DNA of 64,000 nucleotides from Planctomycetota bacterium (GCA_004295085.1 SHNF01000006.1:3280-67279); one strand, 5' to 3'; shown: positions 44,502 through 53,703, counted from the stretch's first letter. Translations and numbers: made by a program. Notes: generated by a model from the letters alone, not told the origin.

Positions 44502-45785
44502 ATGGACACCTCGAGTTTGAAGGCGAATCTCGACCTTCCTGACCGCCTCCGGCAGGCACGGGAGGCGTCCGGCCTGACTCAGGCGCAGGTCGGCGAGCAA
44601 CTCAGCCTCGCTCGTGCCTCAGTCAGTCAGATCGAGACCGGCGAGCGGCAAGTCAACGGAATCGAGCTCGCCAAGCTGGCGCGCCTCTACGGCCGGCCGG
44701 TGGAGGAGTTCTTCGCGCTGGAATTCGACGCGGCGTCCGCCCTCACCACCTTGTTCCGCGCGCAGATCGGGGAGGAGGCGCAACCGGCCCTCCTGGAAGC
44801 CGCGGGCAGGAGCCTGGAGCTCAGCAGGGAGCTTGCGCGGCTGGAGCGCGACCTCGGGATCGAACGGGCCAGTCCCTCGCGCATGCCGATCGCATCCGCG
44901 CCTGCGCCGGCGTCGGTGCTGCAGGCCGTGCAGCAAGGCGAGGCCGCCGCGGCCGCCGAGCGCCGCCGCCTGGGCCTGGGAATTGCCCCGCTGCCGGACG
45001 TCGCGGAGCTGGTGGAGTCCCAAGGAGTGCGCACGCTGCTGGTTCCGCTCCCCGAAGGTGTGGACGGCCTCACTCTGAATCCTCCGGACGTCGGGGCCTG
45101 CGTGATCGTCAGCTCACGGGTGGCGCTCCGCGTCCGGCGCCGGTTCTCGTGGGCCCACGAGTACACGCACGTACTGCTGGACCGGAGCCAGCTCGGCATG
45201 GTCACCTGGGCCGGCAACCGCAAGGACCTGCGCGAGGTCCGCGCCAACGCCTTCGCCGCGAGCTTCCTCATGCCCGAGCAAGGCGTGGCGGAGTTCATGG
45301 CGAACCTGGGCAAGAGCCGGCGGCGGAACGTGGTCGACGTCTTCGACGGCCAGACCGGCCGGCGGATCCGGAACACCCAGCCGGGCAGCGATCAGGCCGT
45401 GCAGGTCTTCGACGTGGTGCAGCTCGCCCTGTACTTCGATGTGAGCCGCGAAGCAGCGCTCTTTCGGCTGGCGAATCTCGGCTACTTGGGAGAGACCGAG
45501 CGCGAGGAGACCAAAGCGAAGCTGGAGGAATCCGGCGCCGAGCTCGAGCGCCTGATGGGAACCGAGGAGCGGTTCGATGCGGGCCGCGACGGCCACCAGG
45601 CCTTTCGGCATCGGTTACTCGGCCTTCTCGTGGAGGCGGTGCGCCGGGAAGTGGCCACGCGCGGTTGGGCAAGAGAAACCGCGGAGCTGGCCGGAGTGGA
45701 CGCGGAGGACCTGGAACGAGCTCTGGAACATGCGGGCATCCGCAGGGTCATCCGGCGCCCGAGGGCAGGCAAGGAGCTGGCGTGA
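44502..45785 (+). CDS. XRE-family HTH fused to an ImmA/IrrE-type (COG2856) zinc metallopeptidase domain
   Basis: HTH region LRQAREASGLTQAQVGEQLSLARASVSQIETGER and HExxH motif in FSWAHEYTHVLLD followed by ANAFAASFLMP. I take ATG 44502; the listed start 44475 is TTG. Confidence 0.85.
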   Translation: MDTSSLKANLDLPDRLRQAREASGLTQAQVGEQLSLARASVSQIETGERQVNGIELAKLARLYGRPVEEFFALEFDAASALTTLFRAQIGEEAQPALLEAAGRSLELSRELARLERDLGIERASPSRMPIASAPAPASVLQAVQQGEAAAAAERRRLGLGIAPLPDVAELVESQGVRTLLVPLPEGVDGLTLNPPDVGACVIVSSRVALRVRRRFSWAHEYTHVLLDRSQLGMVTWAGNRKDLREVRANAFAASFLMPEQGVAEFMANLGKSRRRNVVDVFDGQTGRRIRNTQPGSDQAVQVFDVVQLALYFDVSREAALFRLANLGYLGETEREETKAKLEESGAELERLMGTEERFDAGRDGHQAFRHRLLGLLVEAVRREVATRGWARETAELAGVDAEDLERALEHAGIRRVIRRPRAGKELA

Positions 45786-46345
45786 CTCCGGCAGCCGGCG
45801 ACCGCGTGCTCGTGCTCGACGCGTCAGTGCTGATCAATCTGTTGCACGTCCGCCGCCTGGATCTGCTCGGCCGCCTGCAAGGCTGGCGATTCTGCGTGCC
45901 CGAAGAAGTGTGCCGGGAGGTCCTTCGGCCGGAACAAGAGAAGTTGCTGGCCGAGGCCATCGTCCTCACATGGCTGTTCAAAATCACCCTCGATCCGGAC
46001 GAGATGCAAGAGGCCGATGCACTGCGGAAACGTCACGGATTGGGTCGAGGGGAATCGGCCTGTCTGGCGCTTGCCGCGCGGCGCGGCTGGCTCATCGCGT
46101 GCGACGAAGCCGGCAAGTTCCCGAGGCTGGTCGAGGCGTCCCTCGGCGCGGACCGGCTGCTGGTGAGCGCGGATATCGTCCTCCTGGCAATCCGGCGGGG
46201 CCTCCTGGACCTTGGGGTGGCGGACAGGTTCCTTCGGGCTTGGGCGGACAACCGCTACGAGGTGGCGTTCCGCTCGTTCGCCGAGCTGCTGCCTCAGCCC
46301 CCTGCGGACGAGCGCGTGGGCGAAGCCGTGCTCGTGTGGCGGTAG
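45782..46345 (+). CDS. PIN-like (DUF3368-like) nuclease-fold protein
   Basis: GTG 45782 overlaps the upstream TGA (GTGA). VLVLDASVLINLL, VPEEVCREV, GRGESACLALA and IACDE carry the expected acidic positions. Confidence 0.7.
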   Translation: MTPAAGDRVLVLDASVLINLLHVRRLDLLGRLQGWRFCVPEEVCREVLRPEQEKLLAEAIVLTWLFKITLDPDEMQEADALRKRHGLGRGESACLALAARRGWLIACDEAGKFPRLVEASLGADRLLVSADIVLLAIRRGLLDLGVADRFLRAWADNRYEVAFRSFAELLPQPPADERVGEAVLVWR

Positions 46346-46437
46346 CTGGGAGCACACAGCCGGCATGCTGCCCGACGCGGCCCGCCGCGACTGGAGCGCA
46401 GCCGGGCGCGGCGCCGCCGTCCTTGCTAAGCGCCTAC

Positions 46438-46461
46438 CGAGCGGGACAGCCGACCCGCTCG
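46438..46461. terminator. Hairpin in the convergent gap
   Basis: CGAGCGGG-acagccga-CCCGCTCG, a perfect 8-bp stem between the PIN-like gene and STK gene ends. There is no U-tract on either strand. Confidence 0.25.
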
Positions 46462-46534
46462 AGGTAACAGGGCAGACCAGCGCCGGGTTTCACCTCTTCC
46501 CGCATCGAGCGGCTGTTGGCGCCGCGCCGCGGGC

Positions 46535-49498
46535 TCAGTTCGGCGCGGCCGGCGCGTCGAGCCGCGCCTGCCAGGCGGCGAGTTGCTGGCCGCGCTCGGC
46601 GCCGGGCTCGGCCGCGTTCCAGGCGGAATAGAGCTCGACCAGCCGCTCGATCGCCCGGCGCTTCTGCGCGGCGGTCGCGTCGCGCGCCGCCTCGATCCCG
46701 CGCTGGCCCTCCAGGAGCAGCGGCTCGGCCTCGCCGTAGCGGCCGAGCTTCGCCAGGCACTCGCCGAGCTGGCTGCGGCAGGCGGCGAGGGCGGAGGCTT
46801 CGTTGGTGGCCTCGAGAATGGACAGAGCGTCGCTCAGGAGGGGGTGGGCCCCGGACACGTCGCCGCGGTCGAGGCGCAGCTCACCGAGCAGGCGCAGCGA
46901 CAGCCCGACCGTGACGTGCTGTTCTCCATAGACCTCGCGCCGGATCTCCAGCGAGCTCCGGCACAGCTCTTCGGCCTCGTCCCGCCGGCCGGCGTCGCGC
47001 AGGATGAACGCCGCGCTGGCCTTGGCCTGGGCCGTACGCGGATGCCTGGGCCCGAAGACGCGCTCGAAGCGGGCGACCAGGTCCGGCGCCAGCGCCGCGG
47101 CTTCCTCGCCGCGGCCGAGCTGGCTCTGGAGCCGCATCACGTTGTGCATGGTGATGGCGGTGTCCAGGTCCTCGGGCGGGTAGGCGCGCTCCAGCGACTC
47201 GAGGGCGCGCAGCAGCAGGGGCTCGGCTTCCGCGAAGCGGCCGGAGCCCTGCAGCAGGACGCCGAGCGAGTTCATGGCGATGATCGTGGCCTTGTCGTCG
47301 GGGCCGAGCACGCGGGTGGCGTCGTCGATGATGCGGCGATAGAGGGCCTCGGCCTCCTCCGCGCGCCCGGAGTTGTTCAAGGCCAGCGCCAGGCTGGTCG
47401 AGGCGCCGATCGTCTCGACGTGCTCGATCATGCCCTGCTCCACATAGATGTCCACGACCGTACGCAGCGTCTCGGCCGCGGCGGGGTAGTCCATGAGGTT
47501 GAGCTGGACGATGGCCAGCGAGTTCTTGAACCTGGCCACGTCGACCGCGCGCTCGCCCTGCACGCGCTGGACCACGGCAACCGCCTCCTCGAGCAGCGGC
47601 ACGGCGTCCCGCAGCCGGCCGCGCGTCAGATAGAGGCGGCCCAGCATGCGCATCGCGATGGCCGTCGTGAGGTGGCGGTCGCCGAACACCGCGCGCATGC
47701 GCGGCAGCGTCTCGGCCATGATCGCCTCGGCCTGCTCGGCATCCCCGAGCGACTCCAGCACGGAAGCCAGGTTGAAGCGCGCGATGAGCGAGTCCGGATC
47801 GTCCGGCCCGAGCTGGCGCTCGGCGAGCTCGGCCGCCTCGCGGTAGAGCGGCTCCGCCTCCGCGGGGCGCCCGGCCGTGTGCAGCAGGACGGCCAGGCTG
47901 TTGCACGTGACCTGGAGCGCGCGCTCGCTCCCAGGGGAGGCCCGGCGGATGGCGAGCACGGCGCGGTAGATCGCCTCGGATTCCTCGAACTGCTCGAGCA
48001 GCCGCAGCTGGTTCGCGAGGTCCATGCGCAGGTCCAGCGTGACGCTGTCCTCTGGCCCGTAGAGGCGCTCGCGGATGCCCACGGCCTCGCGCAGCAGGGA
48101 TTCGGCGCCGGCGTTGTCGCCGCGCCCGGCGCGGCACGTGGCCACGCGCTGCAGGCCGGTCGCGCGCCAGGCGCCGTCCGGACCGTCGAGCTGCGTGGCG
48201 AGCTCGAGCGTGCGCTGCGCGTGCGGCTCGGCCTCCTCGAACATTCCGAGCGACAGGTAGGTCCGGGCCAGGATCTCGCGCACGCCCAGCTCGACCCGCG
48301 GCCGGTCCGCGAACGAGCTGCCGACCACCGCCGAGGCCGCGTCCAGGGCCTGGGCCACCTTCGCCTCCCGGCCCAGCTTGGTCAGATCGGCCGAGCCCAG
48401 CATTTCCAGCAGGAAGGTATTGATCGCGCGCGCCTCCTCGCCGGCGTCTTCGGCCAGGTCGCGCGCGTCCGCGGCCCGTACGTACTGGGTGGCGCTCACC
48501 ACCAGCCCGGCGCCGAGCGCCAGGAACGTGGCCAGCACGCCGCCCACCAGCACGCGGTTGCGGCGCGCGAACTTGCGGAGCTGGTACCAGGTGCTCGCCG
48601 GCCGGGCGCTGATGGCCTCGTTCTTCAAGTACCTCTGGATGTCGCTCGCCAGCTCTCCGGCCGACTGGTACCTGCGCGCCTTGTCCTTCTCCAGCGCCTT
48701 GCCGACGATGGTCTCGACGTCGCCGCGCAGGCTGCGGTCGATCGAGGACAGTCGCGACGGCATCTCCTCGCGGATCACCCGCACCGCCTCGTGCAGCAGG
48801 CGCCGGTGCAGGTCGTGCGGCAGGCGTCCCGACAGCAGCTCGTAGGCGATCACGCCCAGCGCGTACACGTCGCTGCGCGTGTCCATCTCGTCCGGCTCGC
48901 CCGCGGCCTGCTCCGGGCTCATGTACGGCAGCGTCCCGACGAGCTGGCCAAGGTCCGTGTGCATCGTCATCTGCACGTCGGAGTCGGTCAGGCGCGCCAG
49001 GCCGAAATCGAGGATCTTCGGCTGCCCGCTCTCGTCCACCAGGATGTTCGCCGGCTTCAAGTCCCGGTGCACGATCCCGCGCTGGTGGGCGTGCTCGACC
49101 GCCTCGCAGATCCTGACCACCAGCTCCAGCCGCTGCCGCGTGTCCAGGCCGCGCGCGGACGCGTACTCCGTCAGCGGCAGGCCGCGCACCAGCTCCATCG
49201 CGAAGTACGGCTGCTTGACGCCGCCGGTCGCGGTGAAGGTGCCGGCCTCGTGGATCTGCGCGATGCCCGGGTGCTGCAGCCGCGCCAATACCGCCGCTTC
49301 GTGCTCGAAGCGCCGCAGCACCTCGGCCGAGGCCAGCCCCGGCCGGATCACCTTGAGCGCCACCCGGCGCTTGGGATGCTGCTGCTCGGCCTCGTACACC
49401 GTCCCCATGCCGCCCTCGCCGAGCAGCGCGACGACTCGGTACTCGCCGAAGCGCTCGGGAAGGAGCGGGTCGCGGGGTATGGGAGCCGGATCCGTCAT
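46535..49498 (-). CDS. Ser/Thr protein kinase with one TM segment and many TPR repeats
   Basis: ATG 49498 (MTDPAPIPRD...). GEGGMGTVYEA, VALK, HRDLKPAN, DFGLA, SPEQ. The TM segment VLVGGVLATFLALGAGLVV is followed by TPR-like repeats. The listed 46535..50044 extension is antisense of the ImmA fragment. Confidence 0.9.
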   Translation of the reverse strand: MTDPAPIPRDPLLPERFGEYRVVALLGEGGMGTVYEAEQQHPKRRVALKVIRPGLASAEVLRRFEHEAAVLARLQHPGIAQIHEAGTFTATGGVKQPYFAMELVRGLPLTEYASARGLDTRQRLELVVRICEAVEHAHQRGIVHRDLKPANILVDESGQPKILDFGLARLTDSDVQMTMHTDLGQLVGTLPYMSPEQAAGEPDEMDTRSDVYALGVIAYELLSGRLPHDLHRRLLHEAVRVIREEMPSRLSSIDRSLRGDVETIVGKALEKDKARRYQSAGELASDIQRYLKNEAISARPASTWYQLRKFARRNRVLVGGVLATFLALGAGLVVSATQYVRAADARDLAEDAGEEARAINTFLLEMLGSADLTKLGREAKVAQALDAASAVVGSSFADRPRVELGVREILARTYLSLGMFEEAEPHAQRTLELATQLDGPDGAWRATGLQRVATCRAGRGDNAGAESLLREAVGIRERLYGPEDSVTLDLRMDLANQLRLLEQFEESEAIYRAVLAIRRASPGSERALQVTCNSLAVLLHTAGRPAEAEPLYREAAELAERQLGPDDPDSLIARFNLASVLESLGDAEQAEAIMAETLPRMRAVFGDRHLTTAIAMRMLGRLYLTRGRLRDAVPLLEEAVAVVQRVQGERAVDVARFKNSLAIVQLNLMDYPAAAETLRTVVDIYVEQGMIEHVETIGASTSLALALNNSGRAEEAEALYRRIIDDATRVLGPDDKATIIAMNSLGVLLQGSGRFAEAEPLLLRALESLERAYPPEDLDTAITMHNVMRLQSQLGRGEEAAALAPDLVARFERVFGPRHPRTAQAKASAAFILRDAGRRDEAEELCRSSLEIRREVYGEQHVTVGLSLRLLGELRLDRGDVSGAHPLLSDALSILEATNEASALAACRSQLGECLAKLGRYGEAEPLLLEGQRGIEAARDATAAQKRRAIERLVELYSAWNAAEPGAERGQQLAAWQARLDAPAAPN

Positions 49499-49651
49499 GG
49501 GGCTGGACGGGCGGTGGGGGGTTCGCAGCGGCCAATACGCTCGCCGCGCGCCGCAGTGTACCGCCCTGGCCCGCCCGCACACCTCGTTCGTCACCTGCGC
49601 CGGCGGAAAGGAAGGCCGATCAGCGCCCGCTGCCACGCCGGCCTGCGCCTC

Positions 49652-50065
49652 GCCCGCGATCTCCTGCGCCGCCGCGGCATCCCCCTGATCCTCGAGCCGG
49701 CACCTCCGCGCACCTGGCTCGACGGCGCCCTGCTGCGCGACGGCGATTCGCTGATCGTGGCCATGACGCTGCGCCACGACCGCCTGGACCGCTTCTGGCT
49801 CACGCTGCTGCACGAGCTGGCCCACGCTTCCCTCCATCTCCGCCTCCGCCCGCCGCTGCACGCCTTCCTGGACGACCTCGACAGCGCCGTCGCCGAGACG
49901 CTCGGCATCCACCCCGCCCTCCTCGCTGCGCGCGTCCAGGAAGACCGGCACAACTACCGGATCCTGCGCGGTCTGCTGATGGGGGAGGGCGTCCGCAGGC
50001 TGTTTCCGCGAGATGCAAGACATGGAAATGGCCAGCATGGCCATACTTTACATTCTCGATTCTAG
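49652..50065 (+). pseudogene. Fragment of an ImmA/IrrE-like HExxH domain, copy 1 of a repeat
   Basis: ...LARDLLRRRGIPLILEPAPPRTWLDGALL...FWLTLLHELAHASLH... is nearly identical to 54629-55067 but lacks the HTH half and 111 nt internally. It has no plausible start. Confidence 0.7.
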
Positions 50066-50075
50066 AACGTAATAT
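50047..50075 (+). promoter_or_regulatory. Sigma-70-like promoter abutting the start codon
   Basis: TTTACA-N17-TAATAT, with only 6 nt between the -10 element and ATG 50082. Confidence 0.5.
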
Positions 50076-50081
50076 TCCAGG

Positions 50082-50660
50082 ATGCCGATCCAAGGAAGAG
50101 CCGCCCTGACCCAGGCCCTGCAGTCGCTGGGAGAGGTCCTCGCCCACCGTGGCGAGACCGTTGCGGTGGCAGTGATCGGTGGCTCTGGCCTGCTCCTTCT
50201 CCGGATCCTGGATCGTCCGACTCGCGACGTGGATCTGGTGGCTCGCGTCGAGGCAGGCGAGTTGCTGCCGGCCTCCAGCCTTCCTCCTGGCTTCCAGGAA
50301 GCGGTGGCTGCAGTGGCGGCCGATCTCGGGCTGGAAGAGCACTGGATCAACGCCGGTCCGGATGATCTCCTGCGCTTTGGCCTTCCGGCTGGGTTCCTCG
50401 ATCGCTGCCAACCATTGCAGTTCGCCGGCCTCATCGTCTGGGTAGCATCACGCTTCGACCAAGTTCACTTCAAGCTGTACGCGGCGGTCGATCAGGGACC
50501 GCAGAGCAAACACTACGCGGACCTCTTGCTCCTGGCCCCGACCGTAGCCGAGCTTCTGGAAGCGGCGCGCTGGTGTCGGACGCACGATCCTTCGGAGCCG
50601 TTCCGCGACAGTCTGCGCCAGACCCTGCATTCGCTCGGCGTGGAGGCTCATGACCTCTAA
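50082..50660 (+). CDS. Minimal nucleotidyltransferase-fold protein (DUF6036/MNT-like)
   Basis: 192 aa. AVIGGSGLLLLRILDRPTRDVDLVA matches the G-G/S...D.D NTase signature. Confidence 0.65.
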   Translation: MPIQGRAALTQALQSLGEVLAHRGETVAVAVIGGSGLLLLRILDRPTRDVDLVARVEAGELLPASSLPPGFQEAVAAVAADLGLEEHWINAGPDDLLRFGLPAGFLDRCQPLQFAGLIVWVASRFDQVHFKLYAAVDQGPQSKHYADLLLLAPTVAELLEAARWCRTHDPSEPFRDSLRQTLHSLGVEAHDL

Positions 50661-51564
50661 GCTCGCGCGCACCGGATCCGCGCTCGCGTTCGCCTGGAGC
50701 GCGTGGACCGAGCTGGGCGTCTCCGGCTGGGAGCGTCGCCATCAGGACTGGCACCTGGACCCGGAGGCGCTCCTCCTGCTGGCCAGCCACCTCGGGGACG
50801 AGGATCCGCGCCTGCGCGACGAGGTCCTGGACTGGTGCATCAGCAATGTCCAGCTCCTCTCGCGCTTCCGGCTGCGCTCGCTGCTGCGCGCCTGGCCCGC
50901 GGACGCGCGGTGGGGGAGTTTTGCCGCCACCCTGGCCCAGCACACCGGACTGGATTGGCCCGGCTCGGGCAAGGCGGTTCCTTTCCATCCCTCGCACAAG
51001 AGCCGGCTGGAGCTGCCCGGCCGGCCGGCGCTGTTCGGCCTGCGCCTGCGCGCCGGCCTGGGCATCGGCGCGCGCAGCGAGATCCTCGCCGCCATGTTGC
51101 TCGGCCCCCCGCGCCACGACTGGAGCAGCGCCGAGCTCGCACGGGCGACGGCCTACACGCAGCGCAACGTGGCGACGGCGTTGGAGGCCATGGCAGCGAG
51201 CGGCATCGTGGAAGCGCGCCCACAGCAGAACCAGATCCGCTACCGCCTGCTCCAGCCCGATCCCTGGCTCCGCCTGTTCGGCCCGGCGCCCTCCATCCGC
51301 CACCACCCCGCCGCCCTCTGCCACCTGGTCTGGACCCTCCACACCGCCGTCCCTCCGCTCGCGCGCGCGACGCCCGCCGTCCGCTCCATCGAAGCGCGCG
51401 AGCTGCTGCGCCGCCTGACGCCGGACCTCCGTCAACTGGACTGGCGGCAGCCTCAGGTTCCCGCCGGCCAGGATGCATGGCCGGTCGTGTCCGCATGGGC
51501 GGCGGCGCTCCTGCGGGGGGTCGCCGAGGGCCGCAATCCGGAGCCGCAGGTCTTGCGCCGCTAA
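50650..51564 (+). CDS. Hypothetical protein with a central winged-HTH
   Basis: It overlaps the NTase gene by 11 nt and has GGAGG 3 nt upstream. WSSAELARATAYTQRNVATALEAMAASGIVEARPQQNQIRYRL looks like MarR/ArsR-type wHTH. Confidence 0.6.
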   Translation: MTSKLARTGSALAFAWSAWTELGVSGWERRHQDWHLDPEALLLLASHLGDEDPRLRDEVLDWCISNVQLLSRFRLRSLLRAWPADARWGSFAATLAQHTGLDWPGSGKAVPFHPSHKSRLELPGRPALFGLRLRAGLGIGARSEILAAMLLGPPRHDWSSAELARATAYTQRNVATALEAMAASGIVEARPQQNQIRYRLLQPDPWLRLFGPAPSIRHHPAALCHLVWTLHTAVPPLARATPAVRSIEARELLRRLTPDLRQLDWRQPQVPAGQDAWPVVSAWAAALLRGVAEGRNPEPQVLRR

Positions 51565-51714
51565 CTTGAAGGCCGGCAGGCGAGGCGTCGCTTCCGTCGA
51601 CCAGGAAGCAGGCCCGGTTCATGCCGCCCGGAATAGAAAAACATCTGGGCCGCAGCGTGGGGCTCCAAGTCCTCTGCCTGCGTCGCAATTACGGCAGCTT
51701 GATGTCACGCTAAC

Positions 51715-51742
51715 TTGTGTTTTCGTATTACCGGGGTACTAT
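51715..51742 (+). promoter_or_regulatory. Sigma-70-like promoter abutting the vapB start
   Basis: TTGTGT-N16-TACTAT, with 7 nt between the -10 element and ATG 51750. Confidence 0.45.
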
Positions 51743-51749
51743 ATCCACC

Positions 51750-52010
51750 ATGAAGGTCGCGAAATCCAGGCTCACCGGCCAGGGGCAGATCTCCGTCCCG
51801 GCCGAGGTCCGCAGGCGCCTGGGGCTCGCCGCGGGCTCGGTTCTCGAGTGGGAGATCGAGGGCGACCTGGTCCTGGTCCGGCGGGCGGGCCGGCACAGCT
51901 CCGAGGAGCTGCACCAGGTCTTGTTCCCGGTCAAGCCGCGGAAGCGCAGCCTGCCCGAGCTCGAGGAGGGCATCCGCAGCCATATGCGGAAGCGGCATGC
52001 GCGCCGTTGA
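51750..52010 (+). CDS. vapB: AbrB/MazE/SpoVT-type antitoxin
   Basis: MKVAKSRLTGQGQISVPAEVRRRLGLAAGSVLEWE is the swapped-hairpin barrel signature. It overlaps the PIN gene by 14 nt. Confidence 0.8.
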   Translation: MKVAKSRLTGQGQISVPAEVRRRLGLAAGSVLEWEIEGDLVLVRRAGRHSSEELHQVLFPVKPRKRSLPELEEGIRSHMRKRHARR

Positions 52011-52377
52011 CACCAACGTCCTGGTGCGGCTGCTCGCCCGTGACGACCGCAAGCAGCTCGCCGCGGCCGAGGAGTTCGTGCGCGGCGGCGCCTGGGTGTC
52101 GCACCTGGTCCTCATGGAGACGGCCTGGGTCCTGGATTCGGTCTACGAGGTCCAGCCCGCCGCCATCGCCGCCGCCGTGGAGATGCTGCTGGACCATGAG
52201 CAGCTGACGGTCCAGGACTCCGACGTGGTCGCCGCGGCCCTCGCTCAGTACCGCCGCCGCCCGAGCGTCGGCTTCTCCGGCTGCCTGATCCTCGAGGTGG
52301 CGCGCAAAGCCGGCCACCTGCCGCTGGGGACACCGGACCGGGAGCTGGCCCGGCTGGATGGCACGTTGAAGCTCTAG
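51997..52377 (+). CDS. vapC: PIN-domain toxin
   Basis: MRAVDTNVLVRLL..., LMETAWVL, and later acidic residues. 126 aa. Confidence 0.85.
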   Translation: MRAVDTNVLVRLLARDDRKQLAAAEEFVRGGAWVSHLVLMETAWVLDSVYEVQPAAIAAAVEMLLDHEQLTVQDSDVVAAALAQYRRRPSVGFSGCLILEVARKAGHLPLGTPDRELARLDGTLKL

Positions 52378-52420
52378 AAGAAGGCGGCGGGCCCGGATCG
52401 GGTGTCCCGCGGCGACAGGA

Positions 52421-53497
52421 TCAGGCAAGCTCAACCGTGATCTTCTCGACGACACCTTCGGAGTCTGCGACCGAGGCGGCCGGCAGCGCCGCCCAGACGT
52501 CGCACTTCATGCCGGCCGTCACCAGGATCTCGCCGCCCTCTTCCGGTATCTCGATCTCGGCGTTGAAAACGAGCGGCCCCTCGAAGATGTCCTGCGAGTA
52601 CCACAAGAGTGGCGCTACGACATAATTGATCGATCCTTCGACCCGTCTGGTGTTGTTCGATGCGAGGTCGGTGACTTCGGCGATCGGTCCGGTGCTCGAC
52701 CACGAGCCCCCGACGACGGCCCAGGCAATCACTCTGGCCTTGATGTCGACGAGACGAACCTGGATGCGGAGCATGTCGAAACCAGACGGTATGGTGAGGA
52801 AGGCGCCGTGCTGAGTGCGTGCCATTTGGTAGCCGCCGATGACGGCCACGGCGTTGGCCGAGACGGATCCCGTTCCGGCATCGCCAAAGGCAAACGCACC
52901 GCCCGCCAGCGCGCTGAACTCCTCCGTCACCGTGGCGTCGTCGTCATAGGGCGGCTCGAAGGTGAACGAGGTCTGCAGGTTCTTCAGCGCCTCCCAGTCG
53001 ATCATGTCTAGTCCGGGCGGGGCCCATCGGAGCCAGAGCCCGCCGTAGTTGCGTTCCTTCATCTCCAGCCGGCCGCTCCGTCGCGCCGCCCTGATCACGG
53101 CGTTGCGATAGGCATCCGTCGCCGCGGATTTCTCGTACGCGTCGAGCAGCGACCTCCGGTGCGCCTTCTCGATGGCGTCGGCGGCGTTCCGCAGCTTCAG
53201 CAGCTCCTTCTCGACGGCGCGGCGTTGGACGGCCGTGCGGGCCGGCCGGGCGCCCAGCGCGCGAGCCGCCTTGTCGATCGCCGCCACCTCCTTGCGGATG
53301 CGCCGTGTGGCGCGGTTGCCATCCAGCGCCTTCAGGAGGGCGGCGCGCGCCTTGCCCTGCGCCGACTCCAGCCGGCGACCGAGCGCCGCTGCCTCCCGCG
53401 ACGCTCCCGCCGCCTCCTTCGCGGCAGCGGCCTTCCAGAGGGCGATCAGCTTCTTGCGCGATTCAGGCTTGACCCCAGCCTTGATGACGGACGGCAT
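52421..53497 (-). CDS. Hypothetical protein (358 aa) with a helical Lys/Arg/Ala-rich N-half and a beta-rich C-half
   Basis: A strong SD (TAGGAGGT) sits 4 nt before ATG 53497. Composition is sensible. No family, TM segment or signal peptide was recognised. Confidence 0.75.
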   Translation of the reverse strand: MPSVIKAGVKPESRKKLIALWKAAAAKEAAGASREAAALGRRLESAQGKARAALLKALDGNRATRRIRKEVAAIDKAARALGARPARTAVQRRAVEKELLKLRNAADAIEKAHRRSLLDAYEKSAATDAYRNAVIRAARRSGRLEMKERNYGGLWLRWAPPGLDMIDWEALKNLQTSFTFEPPYDDDATVTEEFSALAGGAFAFGDAGTGSVSANAVAVIGGYQMARTQHGAFLTIPSGFDMLRIQVRLVDIKARVIAWAVVGGSWSSTGPIAEVTDLASNNTRRVEGSINYVVAPLLWYSQDIFEGPLVFNAEIEIPEEGGEILVTAGMKCDVWAALPAASVADSEGVVEKITVELA

Positions 53498-53584
53498 TCA
53501 ACCTCCTATGTATGGCAGATTCGCAGGCACACCAGAGCGCCGAGAACCACGTCCACAGTCTAACCTGCCTGCCCGCACGCCTCG

Positions 53585-53646
53585 CTCGCCACCTGCATTC
53601 CTCCCGCAGGAGATGACGGTTTAGGCGCACAGGGTTACGCAATTCA
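53585..53646. repeat. 62-nt direct repeat, copy A
   Basis: ctcgccacctgc...GATGACGGTTTaGGcgcaCAGGGTTACGCAattca. Hand alignment gives 47/62 identical to copy B. Confidence 0.6.
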
Positions 53647-53666
53647 GGACCTGAAACGGCGAGAAG

Positions 53667-53685
53667 TGTTCCCAAAACAGGAACA
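53667..53685. promoter_or_regulatory. Inverted repeat upstream of the higB remnant
   Basis: TGTTCC-caaaaca-GGAACA lies 19 nt before ATG 53704 and is a candidate HigA operator. Confidence 0.35.
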
Positions 53686-53703
53686 TTGTATGCTACACTC
53701 TCC

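Noticed and set aside
46535-50044. 182-codon N-terminal extension of the island Ser/Thr kinase, plus the similar extensions of 7476..9491, 33235..34050, 53666..55105 and 54490..55752
   Set aside because: The extensions are junk-like or antisense to other features. Internal ATG/GTG codons give N-termini that fit the families.
50650-51564. HEPN-like Rx4-6H (WERRHQDWH) in the wHTH protein, which would make the pair a standard MNT-HEPN system
   Set aside because: It is a single short match near the N-terminus with no surrounding HEPN helical pattern that I can see. The question is left open for profile search.
51559-51717. 10-nt direct repeat CGCTAACTTG at 51559-51568 and 51708-51717, which could be a target-site duplication
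   Set aside because: No mobile-element gene or inverted repeat lies between the copies (140 nt), and the second copy overlaps the vapB promoter candidate. The evidence is too thin to call.
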